Below, in pieces: positions 21,949 through 30,048 of a stretch of DNA of 64,000 bases. Origin of the DNA: Acidimicrobiia bacterium. GTDB lineage: Bacteria; Actinomycetota; Acidimicrobiia; Spongiisociales; ZC4RG35. The stretch spans positions 416 through 64,415 of the forward strand of contig JBEVJN010000042.1 in assembly GCA_040510135.1 (NCBI GenBank). Reading direction: 5' to 3'. The stretch's first letter is position 1, and each line of letters opens with the position of its first letter. A program made the translations under genes and the position numbers. Below the pieces are notes generated by a model that did no database searches, had not been told where the DNA came from, and was given only the letters and a program-made list of their open reading frames with translations.

Positions 21949-22080
21949 ATGCGATTCTTCCGAAGCTTGCGGAGGCAACGGCGTCAGCCCAATCCGCCCT
22001 TCTACCTTCTCGATCTGGATCTGCCCTTCGACGAGATCATGGCCGACCTGGTCTACCCGGCGCCGTCCACCGTCACCTGA
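21949..22080 (+). CDS. Candidate 43-aa small protein
   Basis: Too short for the ORF track. It has a strong SD (AAGGAGG) 6 nt before the ATG and mostly G/C at third codon positions. Sequence: MRFFRSLRRQRRQPNPPFYLLDLDLPFDEIMADLVYPAPSTVT. Its 3' end overlaps the convergent amidotransferase gene by 8 nt. Confidence 0.3.
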   Translation: MRFFRSLRRQRRQPNPPFYLLDLDLPFDEIMADLVYPAPSTVT

Positions 22081-22771
22081 CCTCTCCGGCCACCTCGTCG
22101 AGAAACCAGTCGAGCAATGTTTCCAATGCCGGCTGTGACTCGATCTCCTGAAGACGGCTCTCCCCGATGAGGTCATCGGGACTCAGGCCCGCCTCGACCA
22201 GCTCCTCTACGCCTCCCTCCACGCGACACCATGAGGCGAGCAAGTCGGCAGTCATCTCGGGATGGAACTGGACTGCCAGACCCCGTCCGGCCCGGAACGA
22301 TTGGACTCCGGACTCGTTCCTGGCCAGCTCTATGGCTCCGGGTGGCACAGTGAACTCGTCGTGATGGAACTGGAACCAGGGGCCCTCGGCAATGTGCTCC
22401 GTGGCCGACCCGACCTCTGTCCAGCCGTATTCGGGCCTGACCGCGTGCGTGACCTTCCCGCCGAGGGCGGCAGACATCGTCTGGGCGCCGAAACAGATAC
22501 CGAACATGGGGACACCGGCGGCCAAACGTCTCCGGACGAAGTCGAGCTCCGGGCCGACCCATCCCTGGACGCGCTCCTCGTAGACCGACCATGGGGAGCC
22601 CATCAGGACCACGAGATCGTATGGGTCTTCGGGGAAGGTGGCGGTGACCGCGGGGTCGGCGATGTCCTCCACCACCACGAAAGACTCGAGGTTCGCGCCC
22701 CGTTTCTCGAGATGGGCTCCCACGCGTTCCGCTGTGGACAAAGGGTCGTGTTCGACTACGAGAGTGCGCAC
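22073..22771 (-). CDS. Class I glutamine amidotransferase (PuuD/gamma-glutamyl hydrolase-like)
   Basis: Catalytic GICFGAQ and the HPE triad motif (VQFHPEM). Start trimmed to GTG 22771. Confidence 0.8.
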   Translation of the reverse strand: MRTLVVEHDPLSTAERVGAHLEKRGANLESFVVVEDIADPAVTATFPEDPYDLVVLMGSPWSVYEERVQGWVGPELDFVRRRLAAGVPMFGICFGAQTMSAALGGKVTHAVRPEYGWTEVGSATEHIAEGPWFQFHHDEFTVPPGAIELARNESGVQSFRAGRGLAVQFHPEMTADLLASWCRVEGGVEELVEAGLSPDDLIGESRLQEIESQPALETLLDWFLDEVAGEVR

Positions 22772-22817
22772 GGGGCTGCAGCGTAACGAGACCCACAATC
22801 AGGTCTGTCGCAGCCGG

Positions 22818-24131
22818 ATGTCCGTTGATACTGTGTCCGGGCGAGTGACCGACCTCCCCTACGCCCGTGTCCGCTTCCTCTGGCCTGATCATCTTGGCTT
22901 GGCCCGGGGCAAGTACCTCGCGGCAGCCCGCGCCTCCGAAGGCTCGAACCACTGCGTCGCCCTGTTCTCACTTCAGCTGAACCGCGTGATGATCCCCTTC
23001 CCCGGGGCACATCACGAGAGCTTCCCCGATGTCGAAGCGCGGTTCGACACCGATGCGATCAGACCAGGGTGGGAGAAGGACACGGGAGTCGTGGTCGCCT
23101 CCATCACCAAGGAGGGCGTGCCGGTTGAGCTGGCGCCCCGGTCGATCCTGGAACGAGTCGTTGGTGAATGGCGAACCGCGGGCTACGACCCGATGGTCGG
23201 GCTCGAGCTAGAGGCGTTCCTCTTTGAGCCCAACGGGGACCGGGGTTGGGCTCCGATACACTCCCCCGGCTCGTACGTATATGGGACCGGGACCTCGGTA
23301 GACCCCAGCGGGACGATCGAAGAGATCATGCAGACCGCTTACGCAATGGGCATCGAGTTGGAATCGGTCAACTCCGAGTACGACGACGGCCAGTTCGAGC
23401 TCACCCTGCGCTATGGAGAGGCGCTGAAGGCAGCCGACGATGCGTTCTTGTTCAAGGTCATGGCCCGGGAGGTGGCGGCCCGCCGCGGATACCTGCTCGC
23501 TTTCATGGGTAAGCCCATCACAGATCGGGGCGGAAGCGGCATCCATGTCAACTTCTCCCTCCTCGCCGAAGACGGGAAGAATGCTCTCGCCGACGAATCG
23601 GCGCGAGACGGCCTCAGCGATCTGGCCCGACGATGCATCGCGGGCATCGTCCACGACCATGTCTCGATGTCAGCGCTGGTGGCGCCGACCGTCAACGCCT
23701 ACAAGCGACTTCGCCCGGGCTCACTCAATGGCTTCTACGCCAACTGGGGATTTGATCATCGGGGTGTCGCTCTCCGGGTGCCGCCGGCCCGGGGCCGCGC
23801 CACCAGGCTGGAGCACAGACTTGCCGACGGTGCAGCCGGGGCTCACCTGGCCACAGCCGCAACCCTGCTGGCGGCGCTGCGAGGAGTGACGAAGGGCCTG
23901 GAATGCCCTCCGGCCGAGACCCAGGACTGCATCACCGGCGCCGACGCCGATGTCACCGTCCCCGCGGACCTGGGGGCAGCTCTGGACGCGTTGGAGACAG
24001 ACAAGGACTTCGTCGAGGCATTCTCACCCGCATATGTCGAAGGTTTCCTGGCCGTGAAACGGGCCGAGTGGGAGCGCTTCCGACAGCACACGACCGACTG
24101 GGAGATCGCCGAATACCTGGAGTACTACTAG
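22818..24131 (+). CDS. Glutamine synthetase family protein (GlnA3/PuuA-like gamma-glutamyl ligase)
   Basis: GLELEAFLF...NSEYDDGQFEL...GSGIHVNFSL...NAYKRL are GS catalytic-domain motifs. Start trimmed to ATG 22818. Confidence 0.85.
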   Translation: MSVDTVSGRVTDLPYARVRFLWPDHLGLARGKYLAAARASEGSNHCVALFSLQLNRVMIPFPGAHHESFPDVEARFDTDAIRPGWEKDTGVVVASITKEGVPVELAPRSILERVVGEWRTAGYDPMVGLELEAFLFEPNGDRGWAPIHSPGSYVYGTGTSVDPSGTIEEIMQTAYAMGIELESVNSEYDDGQFELTLRYGEALKAADDAFLFKVMAREVAARRGYLLAFMGKPITDRGGSGIHVNFSLLAEDGKNALADESARDGLSDLARRCIAGIVHDHVSMSALVAPTVNAYKRLRPGSLNGFYANWGFDHRGVALRVPPARGRATRLEHRLADGAAGAHLATAATLLAALRGVTKGLECPPAETQDCITGADADVTVPADLGAALDALETDKDFVEAFSPAYVEGFLAVKRAEWERFRQHTTDWEIAEYLEYY

Positions 24132-24326
24132 TAGTCGGTGGGACCGGGGGATGGTGGAAGGTCAAGAAGCGGGACGGATCGGGCGGGGTGGGGCTTGTGC
24201 TCGCCGAGGGAGGCGGGAGCGGTTTCCAGACCCGTCCCACGTTCTTGACTTTCCAAGCCGGGTTGGTTACCCCGCCCCGCCAACCCTCAAACAACTTTCT
24301 CTTCGGCTCGGTGACCCCGGCGCGAC

Positions 24327-24356
24327 GATGCCCGGGCCGTGACGAGCCCGGGCATC
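24327..24356. terminator. Bidirectional terminator-like hairpin between convergent genes
   Basis: GATGCCCGGGC-cgtgacga-GCCCGGGCATC, a perfect 11-bp stem with an 8-nt loop, 14 nt from the stop of the minus-strand SHOCT gene. Confidence 0.5.
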
Positions 24357-24369
24357 GCGGCAGTGATAC

Positions 24370-24744
24370 TCAGCTGAGGAGCTTGGCCTTCTGGGCGGCG
24401 AACTCCTCGTCGGTGATGACCCCCTGGCTCTGCAGCTTGGCCAGTTTCTCCAGTTCGTCAGCAGACGAGGCAGCGCTCGAAGCGGATACCTGCTGGATGT
24501 ACTCTCTTTGCGCTTTCTCCTGCTGCACCGCTTGAGCCATCGCGCGCTCCTGCATCGAGCCGCCGCGGGCGATCAGGTAGATCAACACTCCGAGCCAGGG
24601 CAGGATCACGACAAAGATCGTCCAGAACGCCTTCCCCCACCCACTGAGGTCGTGGCTGCGGAAGATGTCGGAGAAGATCATGATGAGCAGCCAGATCCAG
24701 GCAAAGAACAAGAAGAACCAGAGCATGCTCCAGAACAGATCCAT
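24370..24744 (-). CDS. Membrane protein with PLD-nuclease-N-like TM pair and a C-terminal SHOCT domain
   Basis: Two TM helices (LWFFLFFAWIWLLIMIFSDI; FWTIFVVILPWLGVLIYLI) and the SHOCT motif ELEKLAKLQSQGVITDEEFAAQKAKLL. The start is uncertain: ATG 24744, GTG 24753 or TTG 24795. Confidence 0.7.
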   Translation of the reverse strand: MDLFWSMLWFFLFFAWIWLLIMIFSDIFRSHDLSGWGKAFWTIFVVILPWLGVLIYLIARGGSMQERAMAQAVQQEKAQREYIQQVSASSAASSADELEKLAKLQSQGVITDEEFAAQKAKLLS

Positions 24745-24912
24745 TAAGGGCACGACGCCACCTTTCTTATTTCGTTGGCTCTTGGAGACGGCCAACTATT
24801 CCATTTCACGGCGATGCTACATCCTCCGAGATGCCCTCAATCACCCAGATCGGGCGAATACTCTCTAGGTTTGGCAGTCCAGAATCGACCTGGCCGAAAA
24901 TAGGAGGAGCAA

Positions 24913-25311
24913 ATGACCCAAGAAACCAGCGGTTGGGCGGTCGGTTGGACCACCTTTGCCGCCTTGATGATGATCATGATCGGCTTCTGGCACGCAATCG
25001 CCGGACTGGTTGCCCTCTTCGAGAACGAGTTCTATGTCGTCGGCACGGAGTATGTGTTCCAGCTCGATGTGACCACCTGGGGTTGGATCCACCTGATCCT
25101 CGGCATCGTTGTGATCCTCGCCGGTGTGGCCCTCTTCAGCGGCGCGGTTTGGGCAAGGACGATCGGGGTGATCCTGGCAGTGGTGAGTGCAATCGCCGCT
25201 TTCGCCTGGCTTCCCTACTACCCGCTCTGGGGCGGGCTGATCGCTGCCGCGGCCATCTTCGTCATTTGGGCGCTGACCGCCCATGGACGAGACATCGTCC
25301 AGGGCGTGTGA
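24913..25311 (+). CDS. Four-TM membrane protein (DUF7144-like)
   Basis: SD AGGAGG before the ATG. Sequence WAVGWTTFAALMMIMIGFWHAIAGLVALFENEFY... with four hydrophobic helices. Confidence 0.65.
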   Translation: MTQETSGWAVGWTTFAALMMIMIGFWHAIAGLVALFENEFYVVGTEYVFQLDVTTWGWIHLILGIVVILAGVALFSGAVWARTIGVILAVVSAIAAFAWLPYYPLWGGLIAAAAIFVIWALTAHGRDIVQGV

Positions 25312-26743
25312 TCAACAGTTGACCACCACGAGCGACACGACGACGGACAGGTCCAGGCCACGCAAGTGGATCGCGGTCCTGCTCGTCGTCGTGTCCTCGA
25401 TTTTCGTGGTGATCTCGGCGGTGGCGGTTTGGGCCCATCGCACCATCTTCGACACAGACGTCTTCATGGCGACAATCGAGCCCGCCATCGAAGACCCCCA
25501 GTTCACGGCTGCCTTGGGTGATTATCTGACCGATGAGATCACCAGCGCGCTGGACCTGGAGCAGCGACTCCAGGAGCCGCTGCAGAATCTGGATGCCTTC
25601 CTGACCTCCGCGTTGTTCGGGTTGCTCGGCATCGATGAGGGAACACTGGGCTTCCTCGGCCAAATCGACCGCCCCACCCTGGCCGCTCTGGCCGGCCCCA
25701 TCGCCGATGAGCTCAATGGACGGATCGAAATGAGAGTGGACCAGGTCGTTGAATCCAACGAGATGGCCGAGCTGATCCCCCAGGTGGTGAGAAGGGCCCA
25801 TCAGGGTGCCGTCGCCTTGTTGCGCGGCGACATCGAAGAGACCCCCAACATCTCCATCACAGAGGGGGAAGTTCGTCTCAACACGTTGCCGATCATCGCC
25901 ACGGTGTTGCAGGAGGTCGTCGCGGAGCTGCGCGACGTGCTCCCCGATGTGAACCTGCCCTCGGCCATCTCAGATCGGGTACCCGAGGCAGTCGCCCAGT
26001 TGAAGGAGTCGCTCGGGGATCGGATACCCGATGACTTCGGGCAGATCGCCCTGATGTCCGAAGAACGGCTGACCGCGGCCCAGGCTTCGGCCGACCGAAT
26101 CGATCGCTGGGTGTGGGGCATCGTGATCCTCACCATCGCCCTGATCGTCATCACGATGTTCGTGTCGCAAACGCGTCGCCGGACCGGCATCCAGCTCGCG
26201 ATTGGGATCGCGGTGGCTTTTGTCGTGTCTGCCGCAGTGGTCAACCGTGTCGAGTCCGCGCTGGTCGCCGAAATCGCCGACCCGGTTGCGGGAGAGACCG
26301 CCGCCGTCCTGATCGGTCATCTCCTCGCCGGTCTGCGCAATGGGATTATCGCCGTGATCGTCATCTCGACGGTGATCGCGCTGGTGCTCTATCTGGTCAG
26401 CCGACCTCAGTGGGTCACTACCACCGGCGAAAAGGTCAGCACCGTCATGCCCGGGAGCTCAGAGACCGGTGGCATGAATCGATGGATCGCCGGTCATTAC
26501 GACCTGCTCAGGATCGGTGCGGTGGCAATCGCCCTGGTGGCTCTCTTTCTCATCGGTTTCGGATGGGTCGCCGTCCTCGTGATCGGAGCGCTGCTCGCTC
26601 TCGTCCTCCGGTGGCTGGCACAGGCCCGGGACGCGGCCGATGCGCTGCCCGAGATGTTGGCGGTGAGCGACCCAGAGCAGATCGAGACGGTCAGCGACCT
26701 AGAGCAGATCGAGACGGTCAGCGACCCAAAGCCCGACGTCTAG
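25283..26743 (+). CDS. Large integral membrane protein of unknown function
   Basis: One N-terminal TM helix, a soluble region of about 230 aa, several C-terminal TM helices and a repeat-containing acidic tail. No family recognised. Confidence 0.6.
   Translation: MDETSSRACDQQLTTTSDTTTDRSRPRKWIAVLLVVVSSIFVVISAVAVWAHRTIFDTDVFMATIEPAIEDPQFTAALGDYLTDEITSALDLEQRLQEPLQNLDAFLTSALFGLLGIDEGTLGFLGQIDRPTLAALAGPIADELNGRIEMRVDQVVESNEMAELIPQVVRRAHQGAVALLRGDIEETPNISITEGEVRLNTLPIIATVLQEVVAELRDVLPDVNLPSAISDRVPEAVAQLKESLGDRIPDDFGQIALMSEERLTAAQASADRIDRWVWGIVILTIALIVITMFVSQTRRRTGIQLAIGIAVAFVVSAAVVNRVESALVAEIADPVAGETAAVLIGHLLAGLRNGIIAVIVISTVIALVLYLVSRPQWVTTTGEKVSTVMPGSSETGGMNRWIAGHYDLLRIGAVAIALVALFLIGFGWVAVLVIGALLALVLRWLAQARDAADALPEMLAVSDPEQIETVSDLEQIETVSDPKPDV
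26666..26732 (+). repeat. In-frame 27-nt tandem repeat (about 2.5 copies) at the 3' end of the membrane protein gene
   Basis: agcgacccagagcagatcgagacggtc / agcgacctagagcagatcgagacggtc / agcgacccaaagc, encoding SDPEQIETV-SDLEQIETV-SDPKP. Confidence 0.85.
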
Positions 26744-27027
26744 GTGATCGCCCGGACCCGGCCGTCCACCACCAGCTGGTCGACGATGCCCACCACAACG
26801 GCGCGGACCGCGCCGTGGTCGAGGCCCAATATCTGGCGGGCGGAGCTCCCCTCGTCGAGGATGAGCACGGTGTCGCCCACTCCGGCGTCGACCACATCCA
26901 CTGCGATGGTGTAGCCCGACGGGATCCCGTTGACGTCATGCACGTCGCAGAGGAGGAGCCGGTGCTCTTCGAGCAACGGGATGTTGATCGTCGAGATCAC
27001 GGTCCCCGCGACTCTTCCCACCTTCAT
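26740..27027 (-). CDS. BMC-P pentamer vertex protein (EutN/CcmL family), paralog 3
   Basis: MKVGRVAGTVISTINIPLLEEHRLLLC...VVDAGVGDTVLILDEGSSARQ is the canonical EutN/CcmL sequence. Its ATG directly follows the upstream TGA. Confidence 0.9.
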   Translation of the reverse strand: MKVGRVAGTVISTINIPLLEEHRLLLCDVHDVNGIPSGYTIAVDVVDAGVGDTVLILDEGSSARQILGLDHGAVRAVVVGIVDQLVVDGRVRAIT

Positions 27028-27303
27028 TCATTCCTCCTCGAGATTGACGTCGTCGACGATCCCGACAATTGCATGATCGACGGGGACGAACCGCTCGGGC
27101 AAAGCTTCGGCCGCCTCTCGGGACGCGACGAAATAGACGAGTTCACCCGCCCCGGCCATCGAGACTGCGTCGGCGGCGACCAGAGTCTCGCCACTGGGCT
27201 GGCCCGCTTTGTCGAGCGGTTGCACGATGAGTAAGCGAATCGCCTCCAGGCCGGGCGCTTTTTCGGTCGCAACGACACTGCCGAGGACACGACCCAGCTG
27301 CAC
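27028..27303 (-). CDS. BMC-P pentamer vertex protein (EutN/CcmL family), paralog 2
   Basis: GTG 27303 preceded by GGGGAGGA. Sequence VQLGRVLGSVVATEKAPGLEAIRLLIVQPL...GELVYFVASREAA. The upstream part of the 181-aa ORF overlaps the BMC-T gene and is rejected. Confidence 0.85.
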   Translation of the reverse strand: MQLGRVLGSVVATEKAPGLEAIRLLIVQPLDKAGQPSGETLVAADAVSMAGAGELVYFVASREAAEALPERFVPVDHAIVGIVDDVNLEEE

Positions 27304-27304
27304 C

Positions 27305-27910
27305 TCATCCTCCCCTTGCGGGCGCAGACACGCGGCTGAGGAATCGAAGCTCGGCACGGAGATTCTCGGCCATCTCCTCGTGCAGCTGGGCGATGAGGTC
27401 GCTGCGGACCAGAGTGCCGTGGCCCTCGACCCGTTCGACGGCGGCGGCAAGGGCCGCCTCGACCTCGGCGACCACACCTGAGAAGAGGACATAGCCTTTG
27501 CCCCCCAACCCGTCGGAGAGACGAATCGCGGCCAGATCGACTTCGGCGGCTTTTGCGCCCGCATCGGCGCCATCGATGGCGGCTGCAGCCGTGGTCGTCT
27601 CGATGACCCCCAGTGCCTCTTCGCCTACAGGAGCCCGGGAAGCATTCCCCGCGATGGCGGACGCAACAGCAGGATGGACGTCGGGGAGGAAGACCATGTC
27701 GGTCAGCGAGTGCGATTCATTGCCCACGTGCACCGCCTCGTCGACGCTGGCCGTGTCACCTGTCACCAGCACCAGGTATTTACCCGGATGCACCGTTCCC
27801 GCGTAGATGGCGCCCAAAGGGGCCGTCTTCACCATGGCGTCACCGGCGACGATGCCGGCGCTGATCGAATCGAATTCGAAAAGGGCGATGGCGGAGTCGC
27901 GGTCAAACAA
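27305..27910 (-). CDS. BMC-T tandem-domain shell protein (single-layer trimer type)
   Basis: Two BMC domains: AIALFEFDSISAGIVAGDAMVKTAP... and ALGVIETTTAAAAIDGADAGAKAAEV... About 200 aa, as in H. ochraceum BMC-T1. Confidence 0.85.
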   Translation of the reverse strand: MFDRDSAIALFEFDSISAGIVAGDAMVKTAPLGAIYAGTVHPGKYLVLVTGDTASVDEAVHVGNESHSLTDMVFLPDVHPAVASAIAGNASRAPVGEEALGVIETTTAAAAIDGADAGAKAAEVDLAAIRLSDGLGGKGYVLFSGVVAEVEAALAAAVERVEGHGTLVRSDLIAQLHEEMAENLRAELRFLSRVSAPARGG

Positions 27911-29360
27911 TGCGCAGGGCCCCGACCACCGTCACTCGCCGCACCCGGGAGAAGGTGCGAGGCCGGGTCAAACCCTCCCCGGTCGGGCTGGCGATCGAGA
28001 AGGAGGTGAACCCCTCCCCACCCTCACCCAGGCCGTTGAAGTTGGAGCCATTGGCCACGAAGATGCTGCAGTTCATGGCCCGAGCCATCCTGGTGATGGT
28101 CTCGACGTTGGTGCTGTGGATCGAGGCCGTATGGCGAAATCCGTGCTCGGATCGCACGGCCAGGTCGATGGCATCGTCCACGTTGCTCACCCGGACCACC
28201 GGCATCACCGGCATCATCTGCTCGGTCCACACCAGGTTGTGATCGCGGGAGACTTCGGCGACGAGCAGACGCGTGTCCTCTCCGGACGTCACTCCGATCT
28301 CGGCGAGGATCCTGGCCGCATCCTTGCCGATCCACTCCGGGTTGATCATCCCCGGCTTCTCGGGCGGGCCCATTTCCTTGAAGATGATTCGCTCCAAGCG
28401 CTTGAGCTCATGCTCCTTGAGGCGGTAGGCGCCCGCCGCCACCATCGCCTGCACAAGGCGGTCGGCCACGGTGTCGACCACGATCGTGGTCTTCTCGTCG
28501 GTGCAGATCACGTTGTTGTCGAACGAGGCGCCCCGCACGATGGCCCGGCCCGCCGCCTCTATATCGGCGGTCTGGTCAACGACCGCCGGTGGGTTGCCCG
28601 GCCCGGCAGTGATCGCTTTCTTGCTCGTCTTCAAGGCCTCCTTGACCACACCCGGCCCCCCGGTGACGAGCAGCACCCTGACCTCGGCGTGATTCATCAA
28701 CTCTTTGGCCGTCTCCAGGGTCGGCGACGGGATAGCGGTGACCAGGTCGGGAGGGCCGCCGGCGCCGACGATGGCCCTGTTGAGGAGTTGCACGTTCTCC
28801 ACTGAGACCATCCGGGCGTTGGGATGGACGTTGAAGGTGACGGCGTTGCCCGCCGAGACGATGGCTATGGCATTGTTGATGATCGTCGACGTCGGATTTG
28901 TGGTGGGGGTGATGGACCCGATGACCCCGTATGGGGCGAACTCGGTGACCATCATCCCGGAGTCTCCGGTCACAACCTGAGGCTCCAGGTCCTCGGGCCC
29001 GGGGGTCTTGGTCGTCACCAGGCGGTTCTTGATCGCCTTGTCCTCCCCGCGCCCCAGGCCGGTCTCCTCGGCAGCCATGTATCCGAGGCGCTCGCCTTCA
29101 CGCAGCATGGCGGCGCGCATGGCCTCGACGATGGTCTTCCGCGCTCCGAGCCCCATCTCGCGATAGTCGACGAACGCGGCTCTGGCTGCGGTCACTGCGG
29201 CGTCGATATCGGTGTGGATCCCGTCACCGAGCTCGACCTCCGACACCGCGAGCTCGTCCGCAGCGCGCAACGCCGGCGCCGTCCGCCCCGAAATCTCGGC
29301 GGCGGCCACTCGACCCCTGACCCGCTCGATGATGGCCTGTATCTCTGTGTCGCTCAGCAT
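27903..29360 (-). CDS. CoA-acylating aldehyde dehydrogenase (PduP/EutE-like) with an N-terminal encapsulation-peptide-like helix
   Basis: Catalytic FDNNVICTDEK, ITAGPGNPP and the C-terminus TFSRVRRVTVVG, all typical of BMC AldDh. The N-terminus is MLSDTEIQAIIERVRGRVAA. Start trimmed to ATG 29360, 2 nt after the upstream stop. Confidence 0.9.
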   Translation of the reverse strand: MLSDTEIQAIIERVRGRVAAAEISGRTAPALRAADELAVSEVELGDGIHTDIDAAVTAARAAFVDYREMGLGARKTIVEAMRAAMLREGERLGYMAAEETGLGRGEDKAIKNRLVTTKTPGPEDLEPQVVTGDSGMMVTEFAPYGVIGSITPTTNPTSTIINNAIAIVSAGNAVTFNVHPNARMVSVENVQLLNRAIVGAGGPPDLVTAIPSPTLETAKELMNHAEVRVLLVTGGPGVVKEALKTSKKAITAGPGNPPAVVDQTADIEAAGRAIVRGASFDNNVICTDEKTTIVVDTVADRLVQAMVAAGAYRLKEHELKRLERIIFKEMGPPEKPGMINPEWIGKDAARILAEIGVTSGEDTRLLVAEVSRDHNLVWTEQMMPVMPVVRVSNVDDAIDLAVRSEHGFRHTASIHSTNVETITRMARAMNCSIFVANGSNFNGLGEGGEGFTSFSIASPTGEGLTRPRTFSRVRRVTVVGALRIV

Positions 29361-29362
29361 CG

Positions 29363-29674
29363 CTATCGCGTACGACCCTCCTCCCGGCCCTTGTGGTATC
29401 GCTCCTCGCCACCCACGTCCCATGAGTCCACAATCGCCATGACCACAGCGTCTACCGGTCGGTCACGGGTGAGCTCGGTCTGACGCGCCGAGCTGCCCGA
29501 GGCATACAAGACGATCTCTCCCTCGCCTGCCCCGACCGCATCCACAGCCACGACGTAGCTCCCGGTCTCTGCGTTGTCCGCGTCGAGTTGCCGTACGACC
29601 AGCAGCTTCATCCCCTCCATGAGGGGCTCTTTCCTGCTGGCGACCAGAGTCCCGGCGACGCGGCCTAGATGCAC
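29363..29674 (-). CDS. BMC-P pentamer vertex protein (EutN/CcmL family), paralog 1, with a charged C-terminal tail
   Basis: GTG start after AGGAGG. Sequence [29 protein letters not shown]...[14 protein letters not shown], with the tail [16 protein letters not shown]. Confidence 0.9.
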   Translation of the reverse strand: MHLGRVAGTLVASRKEPLMEGMKLLVVRQLDADNAETGSYVVAVDAVGAGEGEIVLYASGSSARQTELTRDRPVDAVVMAIVDSWDVGGEERYHKGREEGRTR

Positions 29675-29710
29675 GGTGCGACCTCCTGCCCGGTTCGAAC
29701 TCGGATTCCG

Positions 29711-30013
29711 CTAACCGAGGTCGTCCTGCGCCTGGTCCTGACGACCCAGCGGGAGCACCAGATCGATGTTGACGTGGGGCCGGGCGATGACGTGCGTGGC
29801 GACGACCTCGCCCACCTTCTCCGCACCGCGAACTCCAGCGTCGACCGCCGCCTTGACTGCGGCGACATCACCACGAACCACGGCGGTGACGTATCCGCCA
29901 CCCGTTTTCTCCATGCCCACCAATTCGACCTTGGCCGCCTTGACCATGGCATCTGCCGCTTCCACCATCGCCGGGAAGCTGCGTGCCTCGATCATTCCCA
30001 GAGCTTCAGCCAT
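29711..30013 (-). CDS. BMC-H hexamer shell protein (PduA/EutM-like)
   Basis: [60 protein letters not shown] is a canonical BMC domain. SD AAGGAGGAG. Confidence 0.95.
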   Translation of the reverse strand: MAEALGMIEARSFPAMVEAADAMVKAAKVELVGMEKTGGGYVTAVVRGDVAAVKAAVDAGVRGAEKVGEVVATHVIARPHVNIDLVLPLGRQDQAQDDLG

Positions 30014-30048
30014 GAAGCTCCTCCTTTCCTTGTGTTCGACTCATCGGC

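Noticed and set aside
26666-26732. Tandem repeat considered as a CRISPR or minisatellite element
   Set aside because: There are only about 2.5 directly abutting copies with no spacers, in frame within a coding region. It is a coding tandem duplication, not a CRISPR array.
29692-29700. GGTTCGAAC, a T-loop-like string suggesting a tRNA
   Set aside because: It lies in the 36-nt spacer between the BMC-H and BMC-P genes, which also holds the AGGAGG ribosome-binding site. There is no room for a cloverleaf and none of its arms are present. I saw no tRNA anywhere in the window.
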